This document shows, one piece after another, positions 1 through 12,952 of a stretch of DNA of 64,000 bases. The translations under genes and the position numbers were made by a program. The notes under the pieces were generated by a model, which had not been told where the DNA came from, did not search any database, and saw only the letters and a program-made list of their open reading frames with translations. Source of the stretch: Paragordius varius (lineage: Eukaryota; Animalia; Nematomorpha); NCBI GenBank assembly GCA_964247055.1, contig OZ176060.1, forward strand, positions 1,674,001 through 1,738,000, read 5' to 3'. Numbering within the stretch: the stretch's first letter is position 1; every line of letters starts with the position of its first letter.

Positions 1-59
1 ATATGACATATTGTTGAAAAATTTAATTTATATCAAATTTTATATAGCATACATCATGC

Positions 60-660
60 ATCATATTATTTTAAGGCATGATGAATAAATAAAATATATT
101 AAATAATTTTCTATATAATTCGAAGATGCTCAACACTTTTACCTCAGAAATTAAAACATTAAATCAAATTTATATTAAATAAAATTATATTTCTGCCAAT
201 GTATACCCAAATTTAAAAGCAACATCCTTTAAATTAAAAATTTCAGATGATAGATATGTCTATCTTCATCAAATAATATAGAAAAAGTATTTTTATATTA
301 ACTTAATATGTTTTTTTTACCGTTTCTAATACCATAAAACTTCCCTTCCACAAAATTTTGTATAAATTTAATTTTTAAGCAAAAAATATTTATCAAAAAT
401 TTCGTCAAAAGGCATATATTTAATTTTATCTATCTCAGAATTTTCCGTTTGAGAGAAATAGCCCATTTTTGAAGGACAAATAATTTGGCACTTTCGGAGA
501 CCACTCCAATTAAAGTTTAGATTGCTTTTTATATGTAGTTTATGATTTTTAGTGATATTTTTTGGAATGAAGCATTTAGCTTTCACCATAAAATTTTTTT
601 ATTTAAATGTCCCTATATTTTGCGATTTTCCGATATGAACGGTTACCGCAAGAGTAAGAC
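60..660. mobile_element. MITE/foldback-like repeat family A copy
   Basis: Shares the motifs GGCATGATG(G)AA, TTTTCTATATAATTCGA, ACCGTTTC and GAAGCATTTAGCTTTCAC with copies at about 8.1-8.6, 31.1-31.8, 36.0-36.2, 47.2-47.5, 49.1-50.5, 53.3-54.5, 55.3-56.1 and 58.7-59.3 kb. Boundaries approximate. Confidence 0.65.
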
Positions 661-789
661 TTTATTATAGCCAAAACTAAAATATTATATTACTTTTCGA
701 CGCAGAGATTAATATATTAGGCAAAATTGGGTTACCAAAGAACTGGAAAAAAGGTAAAAAAGCCAGTAATCTTTTGCTAATAAACTTAA

Positions 790-1408
790 CATTTTTTGCC
801 ACCCAATTAGAACTTACGTAAGTTATTTTGATCATTTTCAGCCAAATATGAAATAAGGCACCAACAACCAATAAAATATATTTATTGAAGTTTTATACAT
901 GTATAAATATAAAAATTTACCTTTAACGTTTATAAATTTACATAACGTTATGCAATTGTAAACAAGGTCATACCCTTATTAATAAGATATATTTTTCAAT
1001 CAAATTTACGATATTTAATTGTTCATCAAATATGAACATTAACAGAGTTTTTCCAATTATTTCATCCTCTTTTGTATTCACTCAATTCAAATAGGTTGAT
1101 TAGCCAACAATTATCAAATATAACTTTTTAACATACAAATTTTCAAATTGCATATAACTAAATTAAATTGGCCAAAAGCAAAATTATCTTTAAAAAAACA
1201 GTTACAAAACTTGAGTTATAGTTTATTATTATAATAAGCCTAAAACCAGAAAGTTGGAGTTTTTATAAAAACACAAATCCAAAACTCGCGTTTTTCTTTT
1301 AACGTCTTTAGAAGATAAAAAAACTTATGAAACTATAAGCAAATAATTAAAAACTTAGAGCTATCTCAAAAAAATTTTTTTGTTAAAAAAATTTAACCCT
1401 TTTGTACA

Positions 1409-1444
<36 letters not shown>

Positions 1445-1650
1445 TTCAAAATATTTATTTTATACATATTTTTAAATCTATCAAATACGCCCTACACCAC
1501 ACTCAAATCTTCAAGCTTTTAGGTTATGATTTTTTCCTCCAAATCTAGTTATCCTGCCTGTAACACCCCTAATGTTAAAAAATTTTTTATGACGTGAAAC
1601 CAACATGACTTGACAAACTTGCAAAAGTTAAAAAAAAATTATAACCCCAT
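790..1650 (+). repeat. Interspersed repeat family C copy (interrupted by a TA tract)
   Basis: TTTTTTGCCACCCAATT...ATCATTTTCAGC and GCCCTACACCACACT...GACTTGACAAACTTGCAA match 16140-16780 and 34420-34600. Confidence 0.65.
1411..1441. repeat. (TA)n microsatellite
   Basis: Direct reading. Confidence 0.95.
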
Positions 1651-2916
1651 GTTGACAGATTCAAATCCATACAAAAATGCCAATGTAATTTTTAAATTGC
1701 ATACATTATTTAATATGTTTTAAAGTTTAAGGTAAAACCATATTTCATGAGGCATATAGTTAATTTTCTTATGCAAAAGCACCCCGTATTTTAAAAAAAC
1801 TTGCCCCTTTGGACGGGTCCAAAAAAAATCCGGAGCCACATATAAATATAATATATTATTTAACTATTGTTTTGCTTTTTATATGTTATGAGACATAATA
1901 ATGATATTATTGAAACATTTAGTTTTCACGAAAAAAATTTTTTTAATGTGCGCATCTTTCGCCACTTTTTCAATTACCACAAAGTGAAAATAATTTTTTT
2001 TACTAGTAAGGGCTAAAATTATCATATAAAACATTTTACATTTTCTATCATTGATATAACATCAGGGTATTTTAAAGGCACTGTGTTATTGCAAAATTGT
2101 TAACGTAAAACAAAATAAATTAAAACAATTATACTATATTAGTGGAATTGGTAGATTTCATTGTATTTATAACCAAGAAAAACATACTTTTGATATCTCT
2201 TGACTATTGGTTGGCAATTGTATTAAATATAATAAATTATAATATACATCATAAGTATATAAATAATATAATAGTTAAAAATTACCACATGGTTTGTATC
2301 AACAATAAGTTGTGATGCCTCACTATAATAACAAAAAAAATATATTAATCATTTTACACTTTACAAAAAAATTGTATAATGATAATCATTTAAATTATTA
2401 TTATCGTTTGTACTTTTAAATCTTTTTATAACCTTAATAGAAAATATGGAAGATCTTAGGGAATAATGTTTTGCGTTTATGATATATATAAAAAAATTAT
2501 TCACTTGTATAAAATTTAATTAACCTAATGTGAACAAATGTGATTTTTGATTTCAGCTAATAGCAGAAAGATTTAAATAATTTTCTTTTCTAGTATTTTG
2601 GCATTTTTAATCCAAAAGCTTAGCTTTCAATTATACACGATTCATAGTTTATTTTTGCTGGTACCTTGTTATATATTAATATTTTAAATCTAATCCTTAG
2701 TATATTTTTAGCTGAGTTTTAAATTTATTTTCTAAGACATTTGTCTAATTTGCCATTATGAAAACAAATATCTCTCATATCCTTAGATGACTTAACATTT
2801 AAGTGTTACGAAATTTGCAATTCTCAAGACCAAATATTGGCTACCTGCTTGGGTGGTAATTTTAAAAATTTAGCGGACGTTTTTATCTATCTCTTACAGC
2901 AGTTTACTAAATACCA

Positions 2917-3513
2917 GACAAGTGTTGATAAGTGCAGAATAGTTATTATTCATCGGCTTTTTATTATAGACGGCTTTGGTAATTTAGGAAAATCAGTTTT
3001 TTGCAGTACAAGTGTAGATAGAGTACCTATGCATTTGAGAAAGTTGGTTTAATTTTAATTAGTAATGTCCACAGATTAATATACATCATTTGTTTTACCG
3101 AAATTTTTGAAGGGCTACCTAAAGTAAGCGAAATATCGCTTTTAAATCAACCTAAGGTCACGAGCTTTTGTGAAGGTATCCAAAAAATAGTAGCTCATAT
3201 GATGACTAGGCTTTTCAATAGCCTTAAGGAAGATGACGAAATGTGAGCTTTATAAACATATAGATAAGTAATAAGTATTGGAATTAAAATAATCTATGTT
3301 TTGTGGATTAATTTAAACATTCGATACCGTAGGCCGAATTGCGAACTCTTAAACGTAAATCAATAACGGGACATTTATAATCAGTACCTACTATAACCTA
3401 CCCCTTTTTTCTTATACTATGTCGTGACTCCATGACCTAATCTGAAACAAAGATGCATCTACTCCATTTTGTTTAACATTTGTTTTGCATGCTTTACAAG
3501 ACAGCATTGTCTG
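2917..3513 (+). repeat. 597-bp inverted duplication, copy 1
   Basis: Reverse complement of 18754-19351; by eye only one substitution and one 1-nt indel. Confidence 0.95.
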
Positions 3514-4282
3514 CTAGGAAGAAAGGTATAGGACGCCAACGATTACCCTGTTGCCGATTTTTAAAATAATGTGAAAATAACCTTCGTTCAGAATTGTGGT
3601 TCCTCAATTAAAAGATATATTTTGTAATACTTTCCCTTGCAAAAATATTGAAATTATTTAAAAAGGTTAAATAAAATTATCAAATCAAGATATCCAAAGA
3701 CGGAAACTCATATTCTCTAAATTAGCACCTAAAGTTAAAAATGACTAAGGGTAAAGGCTCTATTTTAATAATAATAAAGAACATTGAAAGAAACATAAAA
3801 GGGATGAATAAAATGAAATGTCTTGCTTCAGAGAATTAATGCATAAAACATGGCGTATAAAACGAAACTACCAAATTTCTAAAAAATTAAATGTACAAAT
3901 TTATGAGGTAAAATTATCAGGTAATAATTTAGCCTTTAGCTTATTACGTAAATTCAAGAAATCTTAAAACGATACGATATTTTTTCGAAAATGCTTCAGG
4001 GCTTCCATCACAACTCATATATGAATAATATCTTTTGTAAAAATAGGGCACAATTCAGGGTCAACCCAAAAAATTGTCGATGCTCATGTTCGATTTTAAT
4101 ATATAGGATTAAATTTATTCGCTTTATTTTTTAGGCAAATAATATTAGCTGTTTGGCCGCTGTATAAAAAATTCTCTTTGTTTTACTTACAAATTATTTT
4201 TCAATAAAATTCATTAAAGCAAAGAGTTTCTTAAAATGTAAAAATAAGCGGAAATTTGACACTCAATACAAAATATTGATTA

Positions 4283-4384
4283 CTAGATAGTATAGTTGGA
4301 AACGCGTTTAGTACATTTAATATCAAATGCTAGCAAAATCCCATTACATCCAAGAAAGATAGTATTGGTTAAGGTATTGTTTAT
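4283..4384 (-). CDS. ZP-N repeat 4, second exon; probable terminal coding exon (INNTLTNTIFLGCNGILLAFDIKCTKRVSNYTI*)
   Basis: Phase-0 acceptor ttttag|ATA; NTI strand and the fourth ZP-N Cys; ends in TAG. A weak alternative donor CGC|gtttcc exists. Confidence 0.78.
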   Translation of the reverse strand: MNNTLTNTIFLGCNGILLAFDIKCTKRVSNYTI

Positions 4385-4829
4385 CTAAAAATATAGTTTA
4401 GCATATATTTATAAAATATTTATATATTTGGCCGGAAGTTTTAACTATATTAAATTACACAGTGCACAAAATGGATGCAGTTTATGTGTTATTGGGTTTG
4501 GGCTTAATTACAGAAACTTTTGTGATCCATATTTTAAAATAAAAATTTTCGCACATTCTTTAAAACAAAATTTTTTATTTAGCATTAGGCTATTTTTTAT
4601 GATGATATAAAGAAACCACATTATGGTAACTATTTTCTTAAATAACTCATAATGCCCAAAACCCAAAATATCGCGAGAATCCTAATTTGTTTTCCGAATG
4701 TTAAATCATTTATTTATTTTTCTGTACATTATGTCATCAGATAATCCATTTTGATATTTAAGAAATGAAAAATGCTAATTTGAATAAATTTATTTTGTAA
4801 TTATTGCTATTTTTTAAAAGATAAAATAC

Positions 4830-4996
4830 TTTTACTGTTCCACATTTTTTATAATCAATGGCAAACTGAATCGATTCCGATGAATAAACATTGATATCAC
4901 ATGCTGGAGATGATTGTAAAAATTTGATGCGCCCATTATATGGCTCTGTGAATCTAATATTAACCTGTATTCCATCCATTGCGCATATGTAATTGA
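4830..4996 (-). CDS. ZP-N repeat 4, first exon (xNYICAMDGIQVNIRFTEPYNGRIKFLQSSPACDINVYSSESIQFAIDYKKCGTVK)
   Basis: Acceptor ttttaatag| in phase 1, donor AAA|gtattt in phase 0; 167 nt; three Cys and the cuticlin-like P-Y-x-G-x-I motif. Confidence 0.85.
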
Positions 4997-5026
4997 CTAT
5001 TAAAATCAACATGTATTTTTTCGGCA

Positions 5027-5029
<3 letters not shown>

Positions 5030-5108
<79 letters not shown>
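5030..5108. repeat. (TA)n microsatellite inside a short intron
   Basis: About 39 TA units between the predicted exons at 5117-5141 and 4830-4996. Confidence 0.95.
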
Positions 5109-5111
<3 letters not shown>

Positions 5112-5116
5112 CTTAC

Positions 5117-5141
5117 TGTGAGGGAAAGCTCTGAGCTTGTA
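5117..5141 (-). CDS. 25-nt linker micro-exon (YKLRAFPH + first base of I)
   Basis: actgtatag|TAC...CAC A|gtaagc; phase 0 to 1, which is exactly what is needed to join 5978-6073 to 4830-4996. Confidence 0.6.
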
Positions 5142-5977
5142 CTATACAGTAAATATTGAATTATCATATAATTTTAAATAAAGCCTGATGACATATGATT
5201 CTGTTTAAAAGTAACTTCGGTAATATCATTTATTAAATCTTTACAATATGTCCCTTCGCAATACATATAAAATTATTAAGATACCACTGAGCTACTATGC
5301 AAAAGAAAAAATGTCATCAGAATTTTATTTGAAATGATTTTCACTACTGTACATTAAATGGCGTATTAAATTTTATAAATTTTTTTCTACATAAATTGAC
5401 TTATATGAATTACATAATATGCTACTGATATGGTAGTTACTTTTACAGTGTTTATATCTAGTTTAAAAGATATCTTTTTATGGTTCCTATAATTATTATA
5501 TTGCTATATAAATAATTAATAGAAGTTTTATTTTTCAACTTTTTAACGAAATTTGCGTTTAAACGCCCTAATTAATTCTGTAAATGGATCATACATAAAA
5601 TTATCAAAATATAATATGAAAAAATTGGTTATTACTATACTACATTTAACAATAATTTTTAGGCATGGATCAAAAATTTAGGTGTATTTTATATATAACC
5701 CTAGTGTCGGTTTTAAAACTTTCTCTTTTTACGTATTTTTTTAAATATTAGGGGTTTATTTTCTAGAAAGTTATTTAAAACTAATCATGAAACCTATGAT
5801 TATAAAACATCACTTTTGTACCCAATTTTCTAATAGAAAGTTATATAATACATGTATGATTTTATTATTATTATTATAAACAATTTTAAAATAAATTTAA
5901 ATTATAATTTAAATTGTATACTAGGTGTCTTCGAAAAAAAATGAAAAATATACAGAATGCTGTTGAATCCAGGTTAC

Positions 5978-6073
5978 ATTTTGTGCTATGATATTGCGAC
6001 ACGACAAAGTTCTAATTTCTTGAAACCCTGATAGGTAGTTTATTTTAACCTTTTGTACCATCATATCGCCAAT
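5978..6073 (-). CDS. ZP-N repeat 3, second exon (IGDMMVQKVKINYLSGFQEIRTLSCRNIIAQN)
   Basis: Acceptor ggctttag|ATT in phase 0; carries the fourth Cys; donor AAT|gtaacc (alternative TCT|gtatat at 5954). Confidence 0.78.
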
Positions 6074-6908
6074 CTAAAGCCATATATAGGTGATTATAAA
6101 ACACGATTAATCAATTTATATAAATGGTAAGTTGTGAACTCATCACACCCACTCATTTACAAGTAATTTTACTCGAAATAAATTTGTGCATTTGACCACC
6201 TTGAAAAACCGCTATCCTGGTCATTAGATCATGACCATGATCATTGACCACATTTTAAAAGTAGAGAATTTTGATATTAATAAGTATTATACTATTATCA
6301 AAAACACAATTAAAACTATTATACAGCTAAAATCAATTTACATCAAGTTTTTTTCTGCTAAAATATAGCCTGTTACAAATTTAAATATTACATTATCTAA
6401 CCAAAATATACATTTATTTTCATATTGCATTAACGATAAAATATTTATAGAAAATGGCAAAAAAGTTTGAGTTGTGGATTTTTTTAACAATTCTACATTT
6501 TTAAAAAAATTGATTAATGCGCTTGAAAAGCTAAAGAAAGCCAATTATTGGCTTTTTTAAGATATTCAAATTCCAAAAGATCATGGTGCTATAAAAATAA
6601 TAGTTTTGTTATACACTATCGATTAAATGGACTAAAATCTTACATACTGACAATAGTAAACTCATATTAATCTGGATGTTAAACGGCAGTGAAATTATGA
6701 TTTTTTTTCATTAGCTTTTGGATATTTTCGGATTATGTGGCCAATTAATAAAACTGTGTATGAAAAGTATATGTCTTTCTAACAGTTAAGAAAACGTACT
6801 ACATTAATTTTATTTTTAAGGCAGCTAAATATTAAAATGCCCAAAATCATCGCAATGCAATAGTCGATAATCAGTAAAAGAATAAAAATTATATTCAGAA
6901 CAGTTTAC

Positions 6909-7075
6909 CTGAGTAACAGCACATTCTGAATATTGCATATCAAAAGTTATCCGTTTGTTACCCAACCCTTGATAAACACAAATATGTTCAGATTGAAGAG
7001 TTGTTACTCGTCCATAAAAAACACGATCGAATTCGGCAATCATTTTTATTCCGGTTTTACCACATGCTAAATTAA
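6909..7075 (-). CDS. ZP-N repeat 3, first exon (VNLACGKTGIKMIAEFDRVFYGRVTTLQSEHICVYQGLGNKRITFDMQYSECAVTQ)
   Basis: caatatag| phase 1, CAG|gtaaac phase 0; 167 nt (same length as the repeat-4 exon); three Cys and an F-Y-G-R-V motif. Confidence 0.85.
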
Positions 7076-7216
7076 CTATATTGAATAGTTGTAATAATTG
7101 ATATAAACACGCTAGTTGAAGACACAAATAATGTTGAAATTAATTTGATATATAATACTAAAAAGTCCGCAATTTATTTTATCTAATAAATATAGTTAAA
7201 ATTTGGTCGATGATAC

Positions 7217-7298
7217 CAATTGGCATTACAAAATTCAAAAACGCCGTTGTATTATACATAACTAATACTACACTCAATGCTTCATTAGGAGTATAAAA
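7217..7298 (-). CDS. Candidate linker exon (FYTPNEALSVVLVMYNTTAFLNFVMPI)
   Basis: aagatag|TTT phase 0, ATT G|gtatca phase 1; open frame, phase-compatible with 6909-7075. Confidence 0.35.
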
Positions 7299-8084
7299 CT
7301 ATCTTAACAAAACAATTATATAATGAAACACCACAAAATTAACGCACAAAATACTTAATAATTAATAATTTATTTGCATTTTCAAAAGTATGTTTAAATA
7401 TGTCTTTAACTTTGTTCTAAAGAAGAATGTTTATATATTATTTTTTGTATGTTACTTGATAAAGTTTTTCGATATACAATTAACAAGATTTACTAAATAG
7501 CTGCATTTGCAATTGTCAAACTTACTATTGTTAAATTATTTTATTTTGTTGATGCGCATATGCGCTATGGAAAAGTAGAAATATAACCAAACGTAATCAA
7601 AGATAAATGTGTTTTCTAACTGACAACTATACTGTTTAAACCTTGATAGTATCTACATCCTATACGATTACAATTTTATAAAAATGAGAATGTTATCAAT
7701 TACATCATTATTTTTTTTATTTTGCGACCCAAGATAGGTTATATTAAAAAAACAAATTTAAAAAAGTAGGGTTATCTTTTTTTAAAAATAATCCTTATAT
7801 TTTTACTTTTCCGTATAATTTCAATTTTTACTGTATATCGAAAGGCCACATGATATATAGGTCCAAGTGTTATACACCTCAAATCTAATAAACAAAAAAT
7901 GTTTTTTTCATTTTATAAAGTTTAATATTGTTTCAACATGCTTGAAATGCCATAACGTATTTTGCGTTTAGGTTTATCCTTATAATAGACAATAACAAAT
8001 TATTCGTTGATGAGTTTTATCAATCTTGTTTAAGTTTATTCTAACACAATGAAATAAATATATTGGAAAATGTATCAGGATTAT

Positions 8085-8640
8085 CATTGGTTTTGGCTCG
8101 TATGAATGATAAGAAAGTTAATTATACTTTCTAAGTGCTCCTCAGAAAATGGCACATTAAAATATTTTTTGTAATAATTTTTGATAAAAGCTAAATGCTT
8201 CATTCTAAATATCACTAAAATATATTATACAAAACTACTAATAAAAAGCAATAAAATAATTTTTTAATTAGATGGGGACTCGAAAGTCCAAAATTTTTTC
8301 TCTTCTAAAACGGGCTCTTCTAAAAAACTGATGAACGCATAATTTTTTTTAAATTAAAAAGAAAATTTTTTAAAAAATGTATACATTTAAAAAAATTCAA
8401 TTTTTTGAAATATGCGTACTTCATACTATTTCTAGGCATGATGGAAACGGTATATAAATCTTATATATTGTCAGAAAACTTTCTATATAGCTCAATGATC
8501 CTGCATATTTCTATCGCTTCAGAATTTGAATGCTAGTCCGTTTTAGAAGAGCAAAAAGTTTTTAAACTTTCGGAGCACACTTCTAAAAATCATAATACTT
8601 TATAAAATGTTTTGCTTTTTCTAAGTATTTTATGATATAT
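8085..8640. mobile_element. Repeat family A copy
   Basis: Same diagnostic motifs (GGCATGATGGAAACGGTATA, CTAGTCCGTTTTAGAAGAGC). Confidence 0.65.
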
Positions 8641-9577
8641 TTAAGTGAGAATTGGAATAAAGCTCGCAGTAGCTAACACCAAATGTACCATGAGATTCCT
8701 GATAAATTTTTCGATCGGGTTATACAAATTTCATCCAGATATTTTTTTTTGTGTAATGTCCGACAAAGCGATTTTTGGCCTTTAACAAAAAAATACAAAA
8801 TTATTAACTGCTTAACCGCATATTATCATTCTCACCAGCTCTTAGCTATCGAATGATATGTGATTCATCCATAAGTTTGATCCACATTTGACCGCACACT
8901 GATATAATTGTTTATTAATTTATTCCATTTTAAACAATTCTGTATATTATATGTTGTCAAATTTTATTTGCCAAAATTAACTATATAAATTGAGTTTCTA
9001 ATTGCATTATTTTTTAATATCCTTTTTTATTATGCACAAATCATCTCAATTTATTGTTTTTATTTCTTGTTTTAATAAAGTCATTTATATTTATTTAAAC
9101 CACATTTTTAAATCGTATTAAATAACAAATTTAAATTATTTGATATGTTTGATGACATTCTTTTTGGATATAAATTTAAAATTTGTCAAAAGTTTCGAAA
9201 ATTTTACATAATATACGTTTTTGATTGAGACAAGAAGTTTAACATATAGATTAGATATAATAATTTTATTTGATTAACTTAAATTAATAGCTGATTATAT
9301 AATAAAAAAAGCAGATTTTCTGTAAAAATAAAATTGGATCTTAAAAGATAAAAAAGCATTAAAAATTAATCGGTTTTTTATCATTACAATGAAACTTACT
9401 ATTCGTAATGGTCGTTGTATTCTAAAAAATATTTATTGAACATTTATACGATATACATATTATATGTTGAATAAATGCAGATATTTTACCTGAAAAGTTT
9501 CTTGATTGCTATAGCATATAGATAATTATACATTTATATTGACAATCATTTATAATTAATTTGAAAAATTATGGCGA

Positions 9578-9953
9578 ACGTCAAATAAATTCTTTCAAAT
9601 TATGGGTTCGGAGAAAACTTCTCCAAATAAAATGGACAGATAAAATTTCAAACACCACCATTCTAAATAAAATTAATCCAGAAATATCACTTCTGGGCAT
9701 CTTTATACGGCAAAAACAGTCCTTTTTCGGGCACATTATGAGAGCCAACTCTCTTGAAAAATCACTGATGCTGGGAAAAGTGAGTGGTACTCGTAAAAGA
9801 GGGAGAAGACGAACTCGTTGGATGGATAACATCCTCAAAGAAACCAACCAATTATTATCCGAACTAAATACCAGATCCGGTATTCGCAGTGAATGGAGAA
9901 GCTATATTTTCAATGTAGTCGGAATCGATCTTAGCAACAACAACAACAACAAC
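9578..9953 (+). mobile_element. 5'-truncated RTE (BovB-like) LINE, 3' end with (CAA)n tail
   Basis: ORF 9561-9959 reads ...FFGHIMRANSLEKSLMLGKVSGTRKRGRRRTRWMDNI..., the typical RTE C-terminus, followed by (CAA)6. Confidence 0.85.
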
Positions 9954-10325
9954 CTATAGACATCTCTTATTTAAACTTTATAATCTATCTAATTTTTTCA
10001 TCGATTAAAAAAAAACATGTTCCACAATTAGTGAAGCAGAAATTTTAAATTAAAATTATATTATAATTAATAGGGGAAATATACATGCCATCCATTTAAG
10101 AAATCGTTTAAATTTTTTTAAACGATAAAATTTATTAACTAAGAAAAAGCAATAAGCTAAATGTTTTGATTTCACAAATATGTAATTTATTTACTTATCT
10201 TTCCAAAAAATATGAGATATTTCTGTTATCTAGATTTATATCATTTTAATATTTTTATTTCTTGTGTTGTATTTTTTCAAAAACACCTTAGTAATAGATC
10301 GAACATTTTCTTAGTTTAGTCATTT

Positions 10326-10578
10326 TATATACAATTTGGTTCTTGAACTGTTCAAGGACCAACTTGAACTGTTCAAGGACCAACTTGAACTGTTCAAGGA
10401 CCAACTTGAACTGTTCAAGGACCAACTTGAACTGTTCAAGGACCAACTTGAAATGTTCAAGGACACCAACTTGAAATGTTCAAGGACACCAACTTGAAAT
10501 GTTCAAGGACACCAACTTGAAATGTTCAAGGACCAACTTGAAATGTTCAAGGACACTCTTGAAATGCAAATGGTATAT
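10326..10578 (+). repeat. 21/23-bp minisatellite array of the foldback family (unit GAACTGTTCAAGGACCAACTT)
   Basis: Five 21-mers, three 23-mers and two 21-mers, ending in the family terminus CAAATGGTATAT. Confidence 0.9.
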
Positions 10579-10919
10579 TTAAACGACGGGCTTTTGGAGT
10601 TTTTTTATTGCTTTAGCTGAGGTATATATATAGCTAATTTTTTGTAGCTTTCCAGCGCACGATATACACCAAAATTCGTTTAGCCCCTTTTTAATTGAGT
10701 TTTTTATTCCACCTCCCAATAGCATGTTTAAGAGTTGAGAATAACAGTTTGATTTCCTTGTATCGATATCATTTTGTAATTATATTTTATAAAACAATTA
10801 CATACTGTTTCGAAATTATTTATCCCTCTATTATATAAATGCTTTATTATGTTTCCTCAAAAGAATTAATGTTAAATTGTATTAACTTAATAAGTCGTAA
10901 CAATATTATCACGCTTCAA

Positions 10920-11330
10920 CAATTAATATTTATGCTAGTCCAATCTTCCAATCCCACAGCTTTATTGTTTGGCATTTGTAGTATGTTCGATTTCATTTTC
11001 AGCGTTTTTGGTCCATCAAGCTTAGTCTGTGTCCAGTAAAAATTATTTCACAGCAACTTCCCCTTTAATCTTACATTTATAATCTTTTATAATTGTTGAT
11101 TTTTGTCTTTACTTTTAAATTTAGACTTACGTAATATAGAATCTCGTTCACTCTATTTGTGACTTAATTATATCGCTTTTGTAGGTTATCAATCTTTCGT
11201 TACTCAAAGATGGTATTGGCTATAGCCATGGAAGTGTGTTGCTAATCCAAGCAAATTAGGTTCATTTTCGCCATAAGAATATCGTACCAAATTTCAAAAC
11301 ACTCTGTTTTAACCAAGATCACCAATGAAA
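10920..11330 (-). pseudogene. Highly decayed LINE (APE/RT) remnant
   Basis: Frameshifted fragments AENEIEH...MPNNKAVG resemble INEIDIENALKKMKNNKAAG of the 42.9-kb LINE. Weak. Confidence 0.3.
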
Positions 11331-11508
11331 CCCCCCACGAAAGTTTCCTATGAGCAAATGAGAGCCACTAGTTAATGATTTTTTTACCTGCCTCTGGAAA
11401 AGTTACCTTTTATAACAAATTAAAAATATGGCTGTTACTGTCTAATCTCATTAATCTGATTAAAAAATTTGCGGTTATAATCTTGCCATACTTGTCGATT
11501 ACTTTCAC

Positions 11509-11590
11509 CTTAATAACACTAGACAACAAATTTTTCTGCCACTCGAGTTTTTTGCATTTTTTGATATTTAATATCATTTTAACAGTAAAT
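11509..11590 (-). CDS. Candidate linker exon (xFTVKMILNIKKCKKLEWQKNLLSSVIK)
   Basis: Strong acceptor aatttttatttcag|, open only in phase 2 (matches the TT|gtaatc donor at 12957); donor AAG|gtgaaa in phase 0 (alternative phase-1 donor at 11439). Confidence 0.3.
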
Positions 11591-12952
11591 CTGAAATAAA
11601 AATTATAACTCGTTGGAAGAATTTTGTATAATTTGGTTTTTTAGATTATGCGCCCTCTTTATCAAAATTTTACTAAAAAATGTTTTTCTTTAAAAATATA
11701 CAAGCAATGCCCATTTGTAATATATCATTCGAAAGAGTATTAAAAAATCTATAAAATGTATACTAATATGTATTACATCGACAGTTAATATTGGGCACAA
11801 AGAGCGACAAACGCGCGAAGCGAGAGCATTTTTTTAATTGATATATTTTTAAAACTAATGGATGAAAATAGCTTAAACTTTGTCTGGATGGTGATAAATG
11901 TCCAAAAAAGTTAACACAAAAAAGTTTTTTTTGATTAAAACATTTTTTATTGCTTTTATGTCACTCAAAACAGCCATTTTTAAGTTTTTTGTTTTTTAAA
12001 AATTACCATCTCATTAATATTAATTTATTTTCTTTACAAGGCTGATAATTTCGAAAATTTAAAGATAAAAACAAAGTTTAAGGTATTTTTGATCTTTTAT
12101 AGCCATTATATAATAAATTTACAGTTATAACTATGCATTTTAGTATCCACTAGGTAAAATATTTATGATAATAATAATTTTTATTAAAAAAGCAAACCAA
12201 AAGCTTTTTCAAACATTTTTTTTAAATTAAATACTAATATAACCCTAATAATTATATTAAAATAATTTATATGATTTTCAAATTAGTTTGTCTGTGAAAA
12301 TTCTTGACTTATTTAAGGATTGAAAATTTTGACCATTTAAATCCAAATAACTTTTACATCCGATGGATTTAAATGACTTACTACCATTTAAAAGATGCAG
12401 TTTTTTGCGCTCTTTCGAATGATATAAAATACATGGCTTCATATCTAAAACTTTAAATTTTTGAAATTTCGAATTTAATGTTAAATCGGGGCCAAAAATT
12501 ATCGATAAACTCTAATATAAAAAAATTCTTCCATGTAAGACCAATTTTCTTTTCATATATACTAATTATGTACTTTAATGAAATAAATTTTAAATTTACA
12601 AGAATGGCAGTTAAAAAAAGTTAAAATTTGTTGTCTAGTGTAATATAATTGTTTTTTCTAATGTCCTTTATATTAAGGTAAATCGATAAATTTAGAATTA
12701 ATTTTACAATAACTATAAAAATATTAGTCTCATGAGAGCCTTGCATGTATCATTTTTAATATAAAACAGGATATCTTGTTTATATAATTATATCAAACAT
12801 TACACGCACAAGCTTATTGAAAAATATTTATCCTTTGTTATGCATGAAATTTTATATTGGGTTGAATTGTAGTTATTTGTTTTTGCAGGGTTAATATTAA
12901 TAACTCATCTAATTTATATCAAAATTGAGAAAACTCTATAATATATATACGA

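Noticed and set aside
368-871. Short ORFs at 368-589 and 677-871, and similar ORFs at 49216-49555, 50487-50846, 59050-59256 and 61762-62150
   Set aside because: They lie within repeat families A, B or C or the Helitron and show no recognisable protein features.
1-4280. ZP-C or transmembrane exons downstream of repeat 4
   Set aside because: Several small splice-bounded segments (about 2190-2205, 2290-2325, 3545-3630) are open, but none shows the ZP-C Cys pattern or a TM helix.
4997-5027. ORF-track start MPKKYMLILI as a signal peptide of a stand-alone gene
   Set aside because: A phase-1 acceptor sits at the same position as in the other three repeats, and cleavage would remove Cys1.
5185-5220. 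Hammerhead ribozyme at CTGATGA
   Set aside because: No flanking stems or correctly placed GAAA core found.
9581-9847. Antisense ORFs over LINE and hAT coding remnants (also 38919-39182, 41351-41605, 42892-43077, 57627-57989)
   Set aside because: Shadow frames of transposon coding sequence.
10341-10560. CRISPR array
   Set aside because: Units are contiguous tandem repeats with no unique spacers, there are no cas genes, and the context is eukaryotic.
10341-10560. Heat-shock element array
   Set aside because: GAA and TTC are separated by 3 nt; an HSE needs nGAAnnTTCn (2 nt).
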